Shown here piece by piece: positions 24,483-34,436 of a DNA stretch of 64,000 bases. The DNA is taken from positions 27,532-91,531 of the forward strand of contig JAAPAO010000071.1 of NCBI GenBank assembly GCA_013115145.1, in the 5' to 3' direction. Under the pieces are notes generated by a model that saw only the letters and a program-made list of their open reading frames with translations, did not search any database and had not been told where the DNA came from. Each line of letters opens with the position of its first letter. The stretch's first letter is position 1. Source of the stretch: Perkinsus chesapeaki ATCC PRA-425 (Eukaryota; Protista; Perkinsozoa). The position numbers and the translations under genes are program-made.

Positions 24483-25483
24483 AGTGTCATCGGGCATGTT
24501 AAGAGGTTTCCGTTTATTTACCCAAGACATTTAGTTAGTCAAGGATGAAGCACATAACTGATACACTTTGGCTATTGACTCAATGAGAAAGTATTTTAAG
24601 ATAATATGTATCTTTTAAATAGAACCCTGGTCGGGTTGCTAAACTATTGTCATGAAGAAAATGCGGCGGAATTGCCGAGCTTTTGGTGTCCCGGAGAGCA
24701 GAAGTTTTGATTAAAAACATGAACCATTAAAGTCGCTGAACCCTTCATAGCTTGCATGCCGAGCACTTTTATTCTCCCGAATGAAAGTTCCACTAGTAAC
24801 TAACCCGGTGAGCTAGTGATCACCATGACACAGCAGATCTCCAGTTGTATCTCATCAGGAATCACGTGCTTCACTTCGTCTTCCAAGCCAGCTTGCCGGT
24901 TGCCATGTGCGATGTTATCCTTCATGTACAAGCACTTAATCATTTCCAATCGCAGACTGCAAACCATACCTCAAGGCCGCATGGGCATGGAAGCTTCGAT
25001 ATCCGCATCTCACATAATGTGAGTCACATTCTATTGCTATCCTTACGTGAGTAGTGCTGGGTTAATCGTGAGATCCGCCAGATGAAGCGGCATCGGTAAT
25101 TTGGTTGCAACCAAGGGTAACAAGATACCACAATCGGATACCCTTCGAACCTCTTTCTGGGAGCGCAGTGCGCTACACAAGTCGTGCTATATAACTACAC
25201 CACTCGTACACCTTCTGCTATTCAATAAATCACATGTCAATCAAACTGAAAGCAGGGCTTTGGTCAACTACATTGTATGTATTTTATGTACTGAGCAGGG
25301 GTTGTACTGACGAGCCCCAAAAAGGCGTAACATGTTCCCTATTTTATGGAGTTGTTCTTGATCGATCTCTTAGTAACCCAAGACTATCTTCTTAAGTGAT
25401 AATGGCGATAACAATAAAGGGACCAAAGAAAAAAAAGTTATTCTATTTAACCGACTAATCTATGTAGCAACAATTGAGTGTGC

Positions 25484-26443
25484 CTAGTGCAGAATACGCT
25501 CGATTGTGCCCAGGGCATCCAATCTTCCGAATGCCATAGGAACACCTTCATCCGTTTCAACTCCGGGGACACTGCTTTCTTTGATGATACACTTCACTTC
25601 CTTAACTGTTAAGGTTTCCTTGCTCGCACTCTTCATCATAGCGACTACCCCAGCAACGATAGCTGCAGCGACAGATGTGCCACTGCTTCCATGGTATTTA
25701 CCCTGGAGGGCAGTTGTAAATACATCCCTTGGGGCGGCGACATCAATGGAGGGAGCATAGTTGCTTGTATCCAAGAGATCCATCGAATCTTCGTCAGTCG
25801 CTGCAACACATACAACAACATCCATAGATTTGGTATACTCGCAAGGATACACAACATTTTTCGGCTTAGAGATATCGATGCCATCGTTGCCTGCGGTGCA
25901 AATGAAAGGAATTCCCGCATTGGAGGCCTTCTCCAGTGCTGAAATGCTTCTATCACCGAAAGGTTTATCCTGGCTCGGCGCATACAGTATAACGTCTACG
26001 TGCTTGCTCACAGCGTACTCAATCGAAGCAGCAGTATACTCGTCACTCACAGCATCACCGTCGTAGATTGGCATGAGTTTAACGTAATCAGTGATGCCGG
26101 CTATACCAATAGCATTGTTGATAACCGCCCCAATTACGCCGGCCATTTCGGTTCCATGGCCATCTCTGTCGTGTGTATCAGTGTTCTTGTCGACAATGTT
26201 GTACCCAACCACAGCATTAGCCTTCAAATCAGGATGGGAAGATTCCATACCAGAGTCGATTATAGCGACAGTTCTGATGCCTCTTTCATGACCTTTTAAC
26301 TTTTGCCATGCACCGGGTACTCGTATTGCCTCAAAATAATCACTTTGCTTGGCATGATAGAATTCATCATTAGGATACGCTCCATCTAGGCTGTTAATAC
26401 CAATAACGATTGTGAGGGCTGAGAATAGATGCATTGCTCGCAA
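25484..26443 (-). CDS. Intronless secreted subtilisin-like serine protease (S8)
   Basis: Signal peptide, then YPND; catalytic Asp (VAIIDSG), His (DGHGTEMAG), oxyanion Asn (AGNDG) and Ser (SGTSVAA). Confidence 0.93.
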   Translation of the reverse strand: MRAMHLFSALTIVIGINSLDGAYPNDEFYHAKQSDYFEAIRVPGAWQKLKGHERGIRTVAIIDSGMESSHPDLKANAVVGYNIVDKNTDTHDRDGHGTEMAGVIGAVINNAIGIAGITDYVKLMPIYDGDAVSDEYTAASIEYAVSKHVDVILYAPSQDKPFGDRSISALEKASNAGIPFICTAGNDGIDISKPKNVVYPCEYTKSMDVVVCVAATDEDSMDLLDTSNYAPSIDVAAPRDVFTTALQGKYHGSSGTSVAAAIVAGVVAMMKSASKETLTVKEVKCIIKESSVPGVETDEGVPMAFGRLDALGTIERILH

Positions 26444-27714
26444 TAGCCAGTAACAAATCTAGAATTCTCACTAGAGCCAGGATGCTACCACTTTACCAGA
26501 AGTTCAATAACCGTGTCATGGCGCACTCGAAGCTGTATGTCTTGTCCCGTATGTCGGCCACGCTCCCACCCCAGCCCAAACGCGCGTGCTTGCCGACTCT
26601 GGCCTGACTCGCCGGCTCGCAAGGCTCAATGGCCATATCCACCTCTCCTCCCCAAACCAAACTGTGGGTGAGCCTAGAGCCCGTCCACGTGTCTGAGGCC
26701 GGACGCCCCGAGGCGCTGGGTGCTCTTCGGGCCCGCGCGCATCGGCTCGGTGACTTCAAGACTGATTGACCATCCCGTAGCCCCTGTGTGAGTCTTGTAT
26801 CCCAGGCGTTTCGCATTCTGCGATCGCAAGTTCCATTGCTGAGATATACCTACTCCCAGTCTCCGTAGTCAGAGATTCCATCGATACGGGGAGTATAATT
26901 CGGACTAATCCGCTTCTCGGTCACGCACGCATGTTCACCAGTTCACTGCCACGGTTACCATGTCACAGTCAAGTCGCGAAAAAAAGCGTCGCCTGTCCTG
27001 CCAAGTTTAGATCTATATAGTTTTGTGACTATTGTGATGAAAAGTGGCAGCGCACTGGCACAAATGAGCAAGTGGTGCGTCACCCGTTGTTTACACCGCT
27101 TGCGTCATCTTCAACACTCCTCTGAGAAGGAGTCGTTTAATTGTAGCACACAAGAAAGCTGACGAATCCGAACGTCTATGCGGGCATGTTGGCTTGAGAG
27201 ATTACCCTGTGATAAGGCTTTAGCTGAACGTTACTGTAGAACTTCAAGCGTATGGTGGGCGGGACCATGGAGACTGACGAACGCAACAACAAGACCATAC
27301 CCGAGTTTAAAAAAAGCTTTGCGCAATAGTTGCTGACAAGCGCAATAGATTTACTGATCCATAAGATTGCGCCGAGCTCTCTCGGCTGGGAGCACTGCTC
27401 CCCTTTGAATAGACGAGAAGAAATAAAACCTTCATAGCAAATAAATGCTAAACCTTCACTAGAGCTTCATATAATATTATAACCATGCTAATCAGCAGCA
27501 TAAATTTGGATACTAACATAAACTAACTACTAGTAGTAGTCATAACTAAATAATGCATGGAGTAAAGCAGAGGAGACCGCATTGCGTTCACTTCAGTGAG
27601 GTCATAAAAAATAATACGATATTAGCTCGTTACTAGAGCTACCAGCCCAATGAATCCAAGCGATTGATCGAGCTGCAACAAGATAACACCTTAAGAATCA
27701 ATGCTGGAGATAGG

Positions 27715-27969
27715 TTACGCGTTTCCACAGCAACTACTGCAGTATACAGTACACTTGGCGAAATTAAGCATGCAAGAGGCCGCGAGGTAAGGATCAGACT
27801 GAGCGGCTTCTTGACACACCTGACAGAACTCGCAGTCACTTCTGCTACTAAGTGCACGGATAGCAGGACCGTTATTATGGTCGACATCTGTGAGAACCTC
27901 GCCGGTGCCCAAGAACGTTAGAGCTGAGACCGTAAAGTAGATGACGAAGCGAAGAGTCTTGAATAACAT
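27715..27969 (-). CDS. Small secreted cysteine-rich protein, paralogue A (84 aa)
   Basis: MLFKTLRFVIYFTVSALTFLGTG signal-like segment, short spacer, then DCEFCQVCQEAAQSDPYLAASCMLNFAKCTVYCSSCCGNA*. Homologous to 31473..31709 with identical Cys spacing. CTACAG acceptor sits exactly 14 nt before the ATG. Confidence 0.75.
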   Translation of the reverse strand: MLFKTLRFVIYFTVSALTFLGTGEVLTDVDHNNGPAIRALSSRSDCEFCQVCQEAAQSDPYLAASCMLNFAKCTVYCSSCCGNA

Positions 27970-28189
27970 CACAAAAGGGAGAACTGTAGAGGTAGACTAT
28001 CACTTTGTTGTTCATTTTTGAAGAAGATAATAACATTATCACCAGAAGCATGAGGAAACATCTGGGGCCCGCAGGTATCATCGAGCGAAACAATCACTAA
28101 ACCCCCTCCGTAATGAGTAAGAAACATCGGGCTTGAAAGCCGCTAATCAAAGCTTCTTCTCTTCTGATGTAGTCCTCGCGAAGGGGATT

Positions 28190-28480
28190 TGGTTTTGCAC
28201 GTATGTACAATGGAGGCTCTTATATGGACCTGGCTCGCAATGAGTAGCAATCGCGCTGCTTGAGGGACTATGAAGAAGTATGTCCTGAAGGTCAGAGTTA
28301 AACATGCGTGATTGTGGGGCAGCGGCCGCCCTACTGGGGCTCGTATTGGATAGGACTTTGGGTGCAAGTTTATAGACCCTGACTTCGCAAGAACTCGCAC
28401 TTTGCGCTAGGAGAACCTTGTTCAGAGCGCCGTGGTGTGCAACCCACACAAGAGTCATTCAAGACCAATTTATCATGTAA
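28190..28480 (-). promoter_or_regulatory. Conserved upstream region of peptide gene A
   Basis: Blocks shared with the region upstream of paralogue B: CTCGCACTTTGCGC (28394-28407 vs 32158-32171), ATGCGTGATT (28304-28313 vs 32102-32111), TGCACGYATGTAYRATGGAGG (28196-28216 vs 31910-31930). Confidence 0.5.
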
Positions 28481-28979
28481 TAGGCCTTGTTCATGCTGAA
28501 TTTGATATTGTTATTATGACATAGTGCGTCGCACATTAATACGCGTATATTACCTTACAAAGTACAGCAATAAAGTTTCTCAAAGTACCCTAATTATGGA
28601 GCTCAGGTAAGAAACTAGTAAAAGTGATCCACGCGTAGTTACCCGCTTCAGAAGAGAATTCGTTAGAGAGTATACGGTACTGAAATTCTCTAATGAAAGC
28701 TGGTTTACTTTCTTTTGTCACTCGTCCACACTCGCATTAACGTATCCATTAGTATTATTACTGTTCTCGTGGCTTCGTAAAATCAGGTTGCCTATTTGTA
28801 AAATGTGTTGCCGACTGGGCTGCATGCTGTGCGGTGCAAATGACGTTACGAGTAGACCTTTCGAGGTATCGAGGAGCTCATCGAGAAAGGAACATCATTA
28901 AGAATCCAGAATTCCAATCTTCCCATATTTTCAGATATTTGTCTACCACTGAAAGTATGGTAGGCTCCTTAGTATTAGT

Positions 28980-29110
28980 TGACCTTGACTTCAGGTCCTG
29001 GAGTCCAAGTTCCACCCGAACTCGCACTTTGCGCCATCAATACTTCCTTCAAAGCGGCATGGTATTTACTACGTACTACTCAGCACGCACGAGAGCAATT
29101 TGACACTCGT
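28980..29110 (-). repeat. Orphan third copy of the peptide-gene upstream element
   Basis: GAACTCGCACTTTGCGCCATCAATACTTCCTTCAAAGCG at ~29018-29056 matches 32155-32193 and 28391-28429; no peptide ORF found downstream of it. Confidence 0.6.
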
Positions 29111-31472
29111 TCTTCGCGCATTAACTCCTACTTTTGTCGGGGTTGATAAGGCAACAATGTGACAGTTTGCCTAAGTAATTCACACTGACCATCCTGGCAT
29201 CAGCATCTGGTGAAGTATTCAATGATTCCCGAGGTTTCATGCTGCTACAAGTTCAAATCTCAACAGCTTTCTTTCCCTGACGGAAATTCCGTCTAACTCT
29301 TTTCACACATATAAAACTACACAGACACATCATAAATTGAAGAGTTATCTTAACCATTCGTGGCCCTCCTGACAGCGTTACTGTAACGGCAAGGCGGTAT
29401 ACTATGCCGAACGTCTTTACTTCATTTCTCCCATTCTCTGACTTTGCCATAAAAGATTTATGAAGGTAGCCTGTTATTGAAATACCTTGACAATAACACT
29501 ACAATAATGTATGCACCCCCCCCATTGCATACAATTTTTGCCACTTCCACTTTTGGGTGTGACCGAAATTGTATGCATGTCTTATAATGGAAGTATGCGC
29601 CCCCATTTGCTTTAGGCCAAGCCTTGTGCTAAGGGACTTCGGTATTTAGTCGGCAATGGTATTAGCATTGCGTATCAGATGCTGGTCCCGGCACACTTCG
29701 CTCAGGCCGGTCTAAGACCTCGCTTCCAGTGACGATGTTCTTCGGTCGGTCCCTTCCCGCCTTTGAGTCCACCGTCTACGAGAACGCGCAAGGCGGCCAG
29801 GAGGTGGCGCGCCTATCGGGAAGCACACCCGGCGAGGCTGTACTGAACCGTTTTATCATGCTGCTAATCGAGCACCTTGCGACCGGGCATCCCATGCCTA
29901 AAGGTTTCAAGATTCTGCCAAAGTGGCGTTTGACCGATCAGGATCTGCAGCCGTACGTGATTAAGGATACTGGATATAATCGACATCAGGCATCTGAGCA
30001 GGAGTACCAGAGGGCAAATGGGGGTTGGAGAGTGAGTCGCTCTCTTCCGGGTTTGCATCACAGCATGCGATGCCCACTCGAGCTCGGTGGCTGCTACGGC
30101 TCAATGAGCCGGGTTTATCGATAAGTGGGAGGCGATGAATGATTCATCATGAATCGTTATGTTTCTGAATCGTTACGATTGAATCAGTCGTGTTACATTT
30201 TTTTGAAGGCCTCAATCATGTTTTTTCCTAGTTGACCTCCACGTCGTGTTTTATGAAGTGCGATCCTGTGCTAATATAGCGCATTCCAACAAAGTACCAC
30301 CAGCGAAGTCACGAGGATTTAGCGTCGACTCCCAGGCCGTTAGGCGATTTCCCAACTCCCCCAACTGGCTATCTTTCGTCACGAAGATTTATCTTATGAT
30401 TTGTTCTTATTTACAACACGACAGTAACTCTCCGAAAATTTTGCCCTCCTCCAAAGACGATCGAAGATAGTACAAAGCTAGACTAGTCAAGAGCGCATGA
30501 ACAAAGAATCAAACCTAAGGGATACATAGAGACAAACAGTGTTTGCCAAACACGCAAACTCCTTGTTCCTGATTAGCCTGTCAAGGTTCCTGTTATTCGC
30601 GTCACAGTGTTCGCTCCTTCTGAGCGTCCAGGCTGACCACGTGGCTTCTCGTAACACTGTGATGACGAAGATCGGTGAGGAAAAGTCAATTTTGTTGGAC
30701 TCTAACTGTTACACTGTAACTGTTACAGCGATCCAATCGATTCGAAGCTCTCACACGAGGTATAAAGCCATATGATACGGCCCGTTGTTGTTGTGTGAGT
30801 TGGACAACAATGGAACCTTAGCTCGCCTTGACGCTAGTACTGATGATAGTGTACTAATTTAAGATTAGACTCTTAGATTCTTGCCTCACTTTGGTTCCTT
30901 GAGTTCCCTGATGGTTAACACCCGAATTGCTGGAACTTCAACGTTGCAGCCCTGGACCGCCAACGCCCAGCCAATGAGAGCCTTAGATAAGAGGCTTCCA
31001 TAGGAAGCTGCTCGTCCTGTTCAGACATTGCCACCGCTCCTGCGAATTTTGACAGAGTTAACTCGGCTATCTCGTCGGAATATACACACTGTATGGCATA
31101 CAGCATACGTGGCATGCACTGCCTCTGATTCCGTGTTACTAACGCAAAAGCTAGTCATTCAACAAATCTCTTATAATATCGAAGTGATCAACAAGAAGGG
31201 AGTAATGGCATGACAAGAGTGACAGTCAAGGCTCATTTATTTCTTAATGTGTTTAGATTGCTGTAGGGCTTCAGCTCTATAGCTGTACCACTCCTATAGG
31301 CTGTCCAATTGTCTATGCGGACATGTGAGCTCGAGAGGTACTTAGCGAAGGACAGCTTAAAAGTATTCGACGGATGAGAGAGTAATTGGTTTAAAAAGCG
31401 CAATTAGTGTTCGACCGACTGAACTAGAAGAAGTGAAGACTCGATACTCTGTACCAAAGATCAGAACAAAGC

Positions 31473-31709
31473 TCATGTGCAACAACTAACGCAGCTCGTT
31501 GTGCACTTCCCGAATATGGCAAAGCAAGGCACCGCGAGAAGGGGCTCCGCAGCCATGCCTCCGGCACACAACTGACAGAACTGGCAGTCGCTCTGATGGT
31601 TGAGTGCACGAACAGAAGGAGGCTTGTTGTTGTCGGGATATCTTAGGAGTTCACCGGTGCCGCAGAAGACAAGACTGCTGATCGCGAAGCGGAGAGTCTG
31701 TACGAACAT
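31473..31709 (-). CDS. Small secreted cysteine-rich protein, paralogue B (78 aa)
   Basis: MFVQTLRFAISSLVFCGTG, then ELLRYPDNNKPPSVRALNHQS, then DCQFCQLCAGGMAAEPLLAVPCFAIFGKCTTSCVSCCT*. Same 8-Cys spacing as paralogue A. CTACAG 14 nt before the ATG. Confidence 0.75.
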   Translation of the reverse strand: MFVQTLRFAISSLVFCGTGELLRYPDNNKPPSVRALNHQSDCQFCQLCAGGMAAEPLLAVPCFAIFGKCTTSCVSCCT

Positions 31710-31899
31710 CAGAAATGGAATAACTGTAGGCAGACTACCAATCTGGATTTCATATTTCGAGAACTACAATCACGAACACTAGTACGGACTAGTCCGCAGG
31801 CCGAAGGGTCCAAATCGATGCTCTCCATAGACAACGCTGATCATAAGAGCGACAGGAGCCAAAGATCAATTTCTCCTTCCAATCTTGTATTTGCAGGGG

Positions 31900-32250
31900 G
31901 CCTGAGCTGTGCACGCATGTATGATGGAGGGGACATCGCACAAGAAAGAACAATTGCACAATATGTGCGATTACGTAGCATCATGTCCTCAGCATAAGTT
32001 AACCTACTAGGATAGCTGGCGGAGTATTAAGACAGCCTACAAGCTCAGATTCTTGATAGTGAAACCCATACAAGGAATACCGCAGAAGGCCGCAGTTTGA
32101 AATGCGTGATTCTGGAACCCGTACAGGACGAGAAATGGAATGTAGGTTCTAGCCGGTCTCGCACTTTGCGCCATCAATACTCCCTTCAGAGCGCCACGGT
32201 ATGTAACCCTCACAAGTGTTAGTCGGGACTTATTTTCCACGTATTAGTTC
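31900..32250 (-). promoter_or_regulatory. Conserved upstream region of peptide gene B
   Basis: Same three sequence blocks, in the same order, as in 28190-28480. Confidence 0.5.
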
Positions 32251-32448
32251 GTTCATGGGTATCTGTGCCGACATTCACGTGTAAATAATGACGCGGCGGA
32301 GTGGAATATTGACCTCATTCAAGCTACCTCATCGTGGATATTGGGGATGGCAAACCAATTACTATTACAACTCAGATCCGCGCAAAATGAGAGAGAAGTT
32401 CTGAGAATTAATCCATAAATTAGGTTTATGCTATGTACTGGACCACAA

Positions 32449-34038
32449 TTAACAGTTCGTCGAACGAGAATAAAAAGAGTGCTCAGTAATTCGAGACTCG
32501 CATCTCTCAGCCATACCATCTGTAACAGACCTCTGTGAAGCCCTAAGAATGTATGGCTTGCTTAGGTTCAACGTGTGCTGTCCAGAAAGTTGATTAGGAG
32601 AAGAGTCGTTGAATATGTTCAACGAGTAGATGTCAAAAGGTGAAAACTCTGCGCAATTCAGCGTTTTATCCCCAAGTGCGCCACCAGCGCGGAGCATTTC
32701 ACATGCCATGGCCGAGCAGACTCTAGCAGGGCCTCTGGTTGGCACTCCAAATCGTTTCTTATCATATAACCATTCATCTCTCTCAGGAATCGTAGGAAGT
32801 GTTGCGGCCCCGCCAGGTAGGGTGGCATCGGCTATTTTTATGAGCTGACTCAGGTTCAGCTTTTCAGTAGTGTTCAGCCGATGGCGGAAACCTTGAAGAA
32901 AATATTGTTCCAGCTTACCCTTCGTAACTTTATATCGTTCCATGAACCCAAGAATAACTTCAAGTAGTTGCCATGTTAAGCATGTCTTGAAGCCGTCCAT
33001 AGGCAAACAAGGGTAGTTATCTTCTCGTGTATCGACTCCGGCAAAAAAGAAACTCTCCCAACCGTAGTCAAAGCCTTCAAAGACATCGACAAACAGTTGC
33101 CATGCTTTATCGTTATCAAAGCTCTTGCGGTATCTTTCTCCCAGTGGCAAGTGAACCAAATTCTTGTATCGACCAGAGTTCGCCGCAATGTAGTCTTTCA
33201 GTGGCAGTTTGCTTACTCCTGCTCGGTCACTCTCGACCACATACAGCTCGTCGGTTGTCGGATCTCTCAGGACAGTCGCAACGTGGTCGACCAGAGATCC
33301 GCCGAGCACAAGAATCGTACTTTCTAGGCCATGCTGCTGCGTCAGCAAAAACACGTCTCCAGGAGCGGCGTCGATTTCACCAAGAGAAACTGTAATTTCA
33401 TTGTCTCGCTTGTCCATAACGATCTTCGCGAATCTTGCCAAAAAGCCCATAACATTGCTGCGGGATTTGAGGTACAATAAAGTGGTAGGTACTGCAGTAA
33501 GCGCGGTTGCAAGAGGAATTCTAAAATCGAAAACATGAACTTTTTCATCGAAAGGGATGCGGCCACCGGAAGGCCACACGAACTTCTTGACGCCTTTCAT
33601 CAACATCGTCTTCGAAATGAACTCGTCAGCATTACCAAAGATAAGAGTCTCTTCACAAAACCACGAAATAGGGTTGTAGCAACCAACACTGATTGTGAGT
33701 GCACTGCCGACCAAAGCTGAGCTAATTGATATCTCTTTAAAGCACCGGCCTTCGAAGGACTGTGTTAGAGTGTCGCCTCGTAATGTGGTGAGGTAACGTG
33801 GCATGAAGCTAAAGTACGTGTCGAACGATGTATCGTTTTCGGCATTGCCAAGTCTTCTGTTGGCGTCGTCCACAGCTATCACGCTATCCTCATGGAAGTC
33901 TATGGTGGCGAGGCCGTTGACGAAGTCCTCGAGAGCCTTTGCTAGTACGAGTTCACCAGGAGGAGCGGCAACTGAACATTCTGCCACTGTAGATAAGGCG
34001 AACGGTATGACCAAGCAATAAAGCGGATGGAAAATCAT
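32449..34038 (-). CDS. Intronless secreted protein with a permuted papain-like NlpC/P60 (YiiX/YaeF/LRAT-type) catalytic domain
   Basis: Signal peptide from ATG 34038 (MIFHPLYCLVIPFALSTVAECS); PGDVFLL...GGSLVDHVATVL...LYVVES (His half); FDYGWESFFFAGVDTREDNYP; GPARVCSAMACEMLRAGG (Cys half); CAEFSPFDIY. His precedes Cys, as in permuted enzymes. Confidence 0.65.
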   Translation of the reverse strand: MIFHPLYCLVIPFALSTVAECSVAAPPGELVLAKALEDFVNGLATIDFHEDSVIAVDDANRRLGNAENDTSFDTYFSFMPRYLTTLRGDTLTQSFEGRCFKEISISSALVGSALTISVGCYNPISWFCEETLIFGNADEFISKTMLMKGVKKFVWPSGGRIPFDEKVHVFDFRIPLATALTAVPTTLLYLKSRSNVMGFLARFAKIVMDKRDNEITVSLGEIDAAPGDVFLLTQQHGLESTILVLGGSLVDHVATVLRDPTTDELYVVESDRAGVSKLPLKDYIAANSGRYKNLVHLPLGERYRKSFDNDKAWQLFVDVFEGFDYGWESFFFAGVDTREDNYPCLPMDGFKTCLTWQLLEVILGFMERYKVTKGKLEQYFLQGFRHRLNTTEKLNLSQLIKIADATLPGGAATLPTIPERDEWLYDKKRFGVPTRGPARVCSAMACEMLRAGGALGDKTLNCAEFSPFDIYSLNIFNDSSPNQLSGQHTLNLSKPYILRASQRSVTDGMAERCESRITEHSFYSRSTNC

Positions 34039-34436
34039 GCTCGGATGGAGAAATTGTGAAGGATTCCTTGAAGTTAGAGTGTGTGTAAAGCTCACACTGT
34101 CAAGCCTTTTGGCACTTCAGGAGACGCGGGGCGAGAAAGAACGTCACGTCACGGACCGTGACGCCGGCCGACGCGCTCGCCCAGAGGGACCAACACGATC
34201 CACGCGCCGTGTCATTCCCGAGTTAAGCATCATTACCAGTCGAGTATTGCCAGTATGATCGACGAAAAAGCCCTGAAACAGCCGCTTACAATCGCCTTGA
34301 ATCCTTACACTTCGAAATAATGTTTCCCTTAGTGAGCGAATTGACGAATGGTACTGCTCCTTGCAAGGTCAACGCATTTTTCGGGTGAGATGGAAGAAAC
34401 CACTGTAATTGAAACAGACATGGCGTCGTCAGCATA

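Noticed and set aside
26493-26816. GC-rich ORF between the subtilisin and peptide A
   Set aside because: No recognisable motif in any frame and no second copy in the window; cannot be supported as a gene or element.
27372-27402. Two adjacent short hairpins (CCGAG-CTCT-CTCGG; GGGAGCA-C-TGCTCCC) as a terminator or ncRNA
   Set aside because: Too short to be significant, with no U-tract or ncRNA signature; bacterial-style terminators are not expected here.
27639-27921. Overlapping ORFs 27664..27921 (+) and 27639..27887 (-)
   Set aside because: Shadow frames of peptide gene A; only the 27715..27969 frame is conserved in paralogue B.
30407-30505. Minus-strand ...IFGELLSCCK* as a third Cys-rich peptide paralogue
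   Set aside because: It lacks the other six cysteines and a start codon or signal peptide; an in-frame stop lies just upstream.
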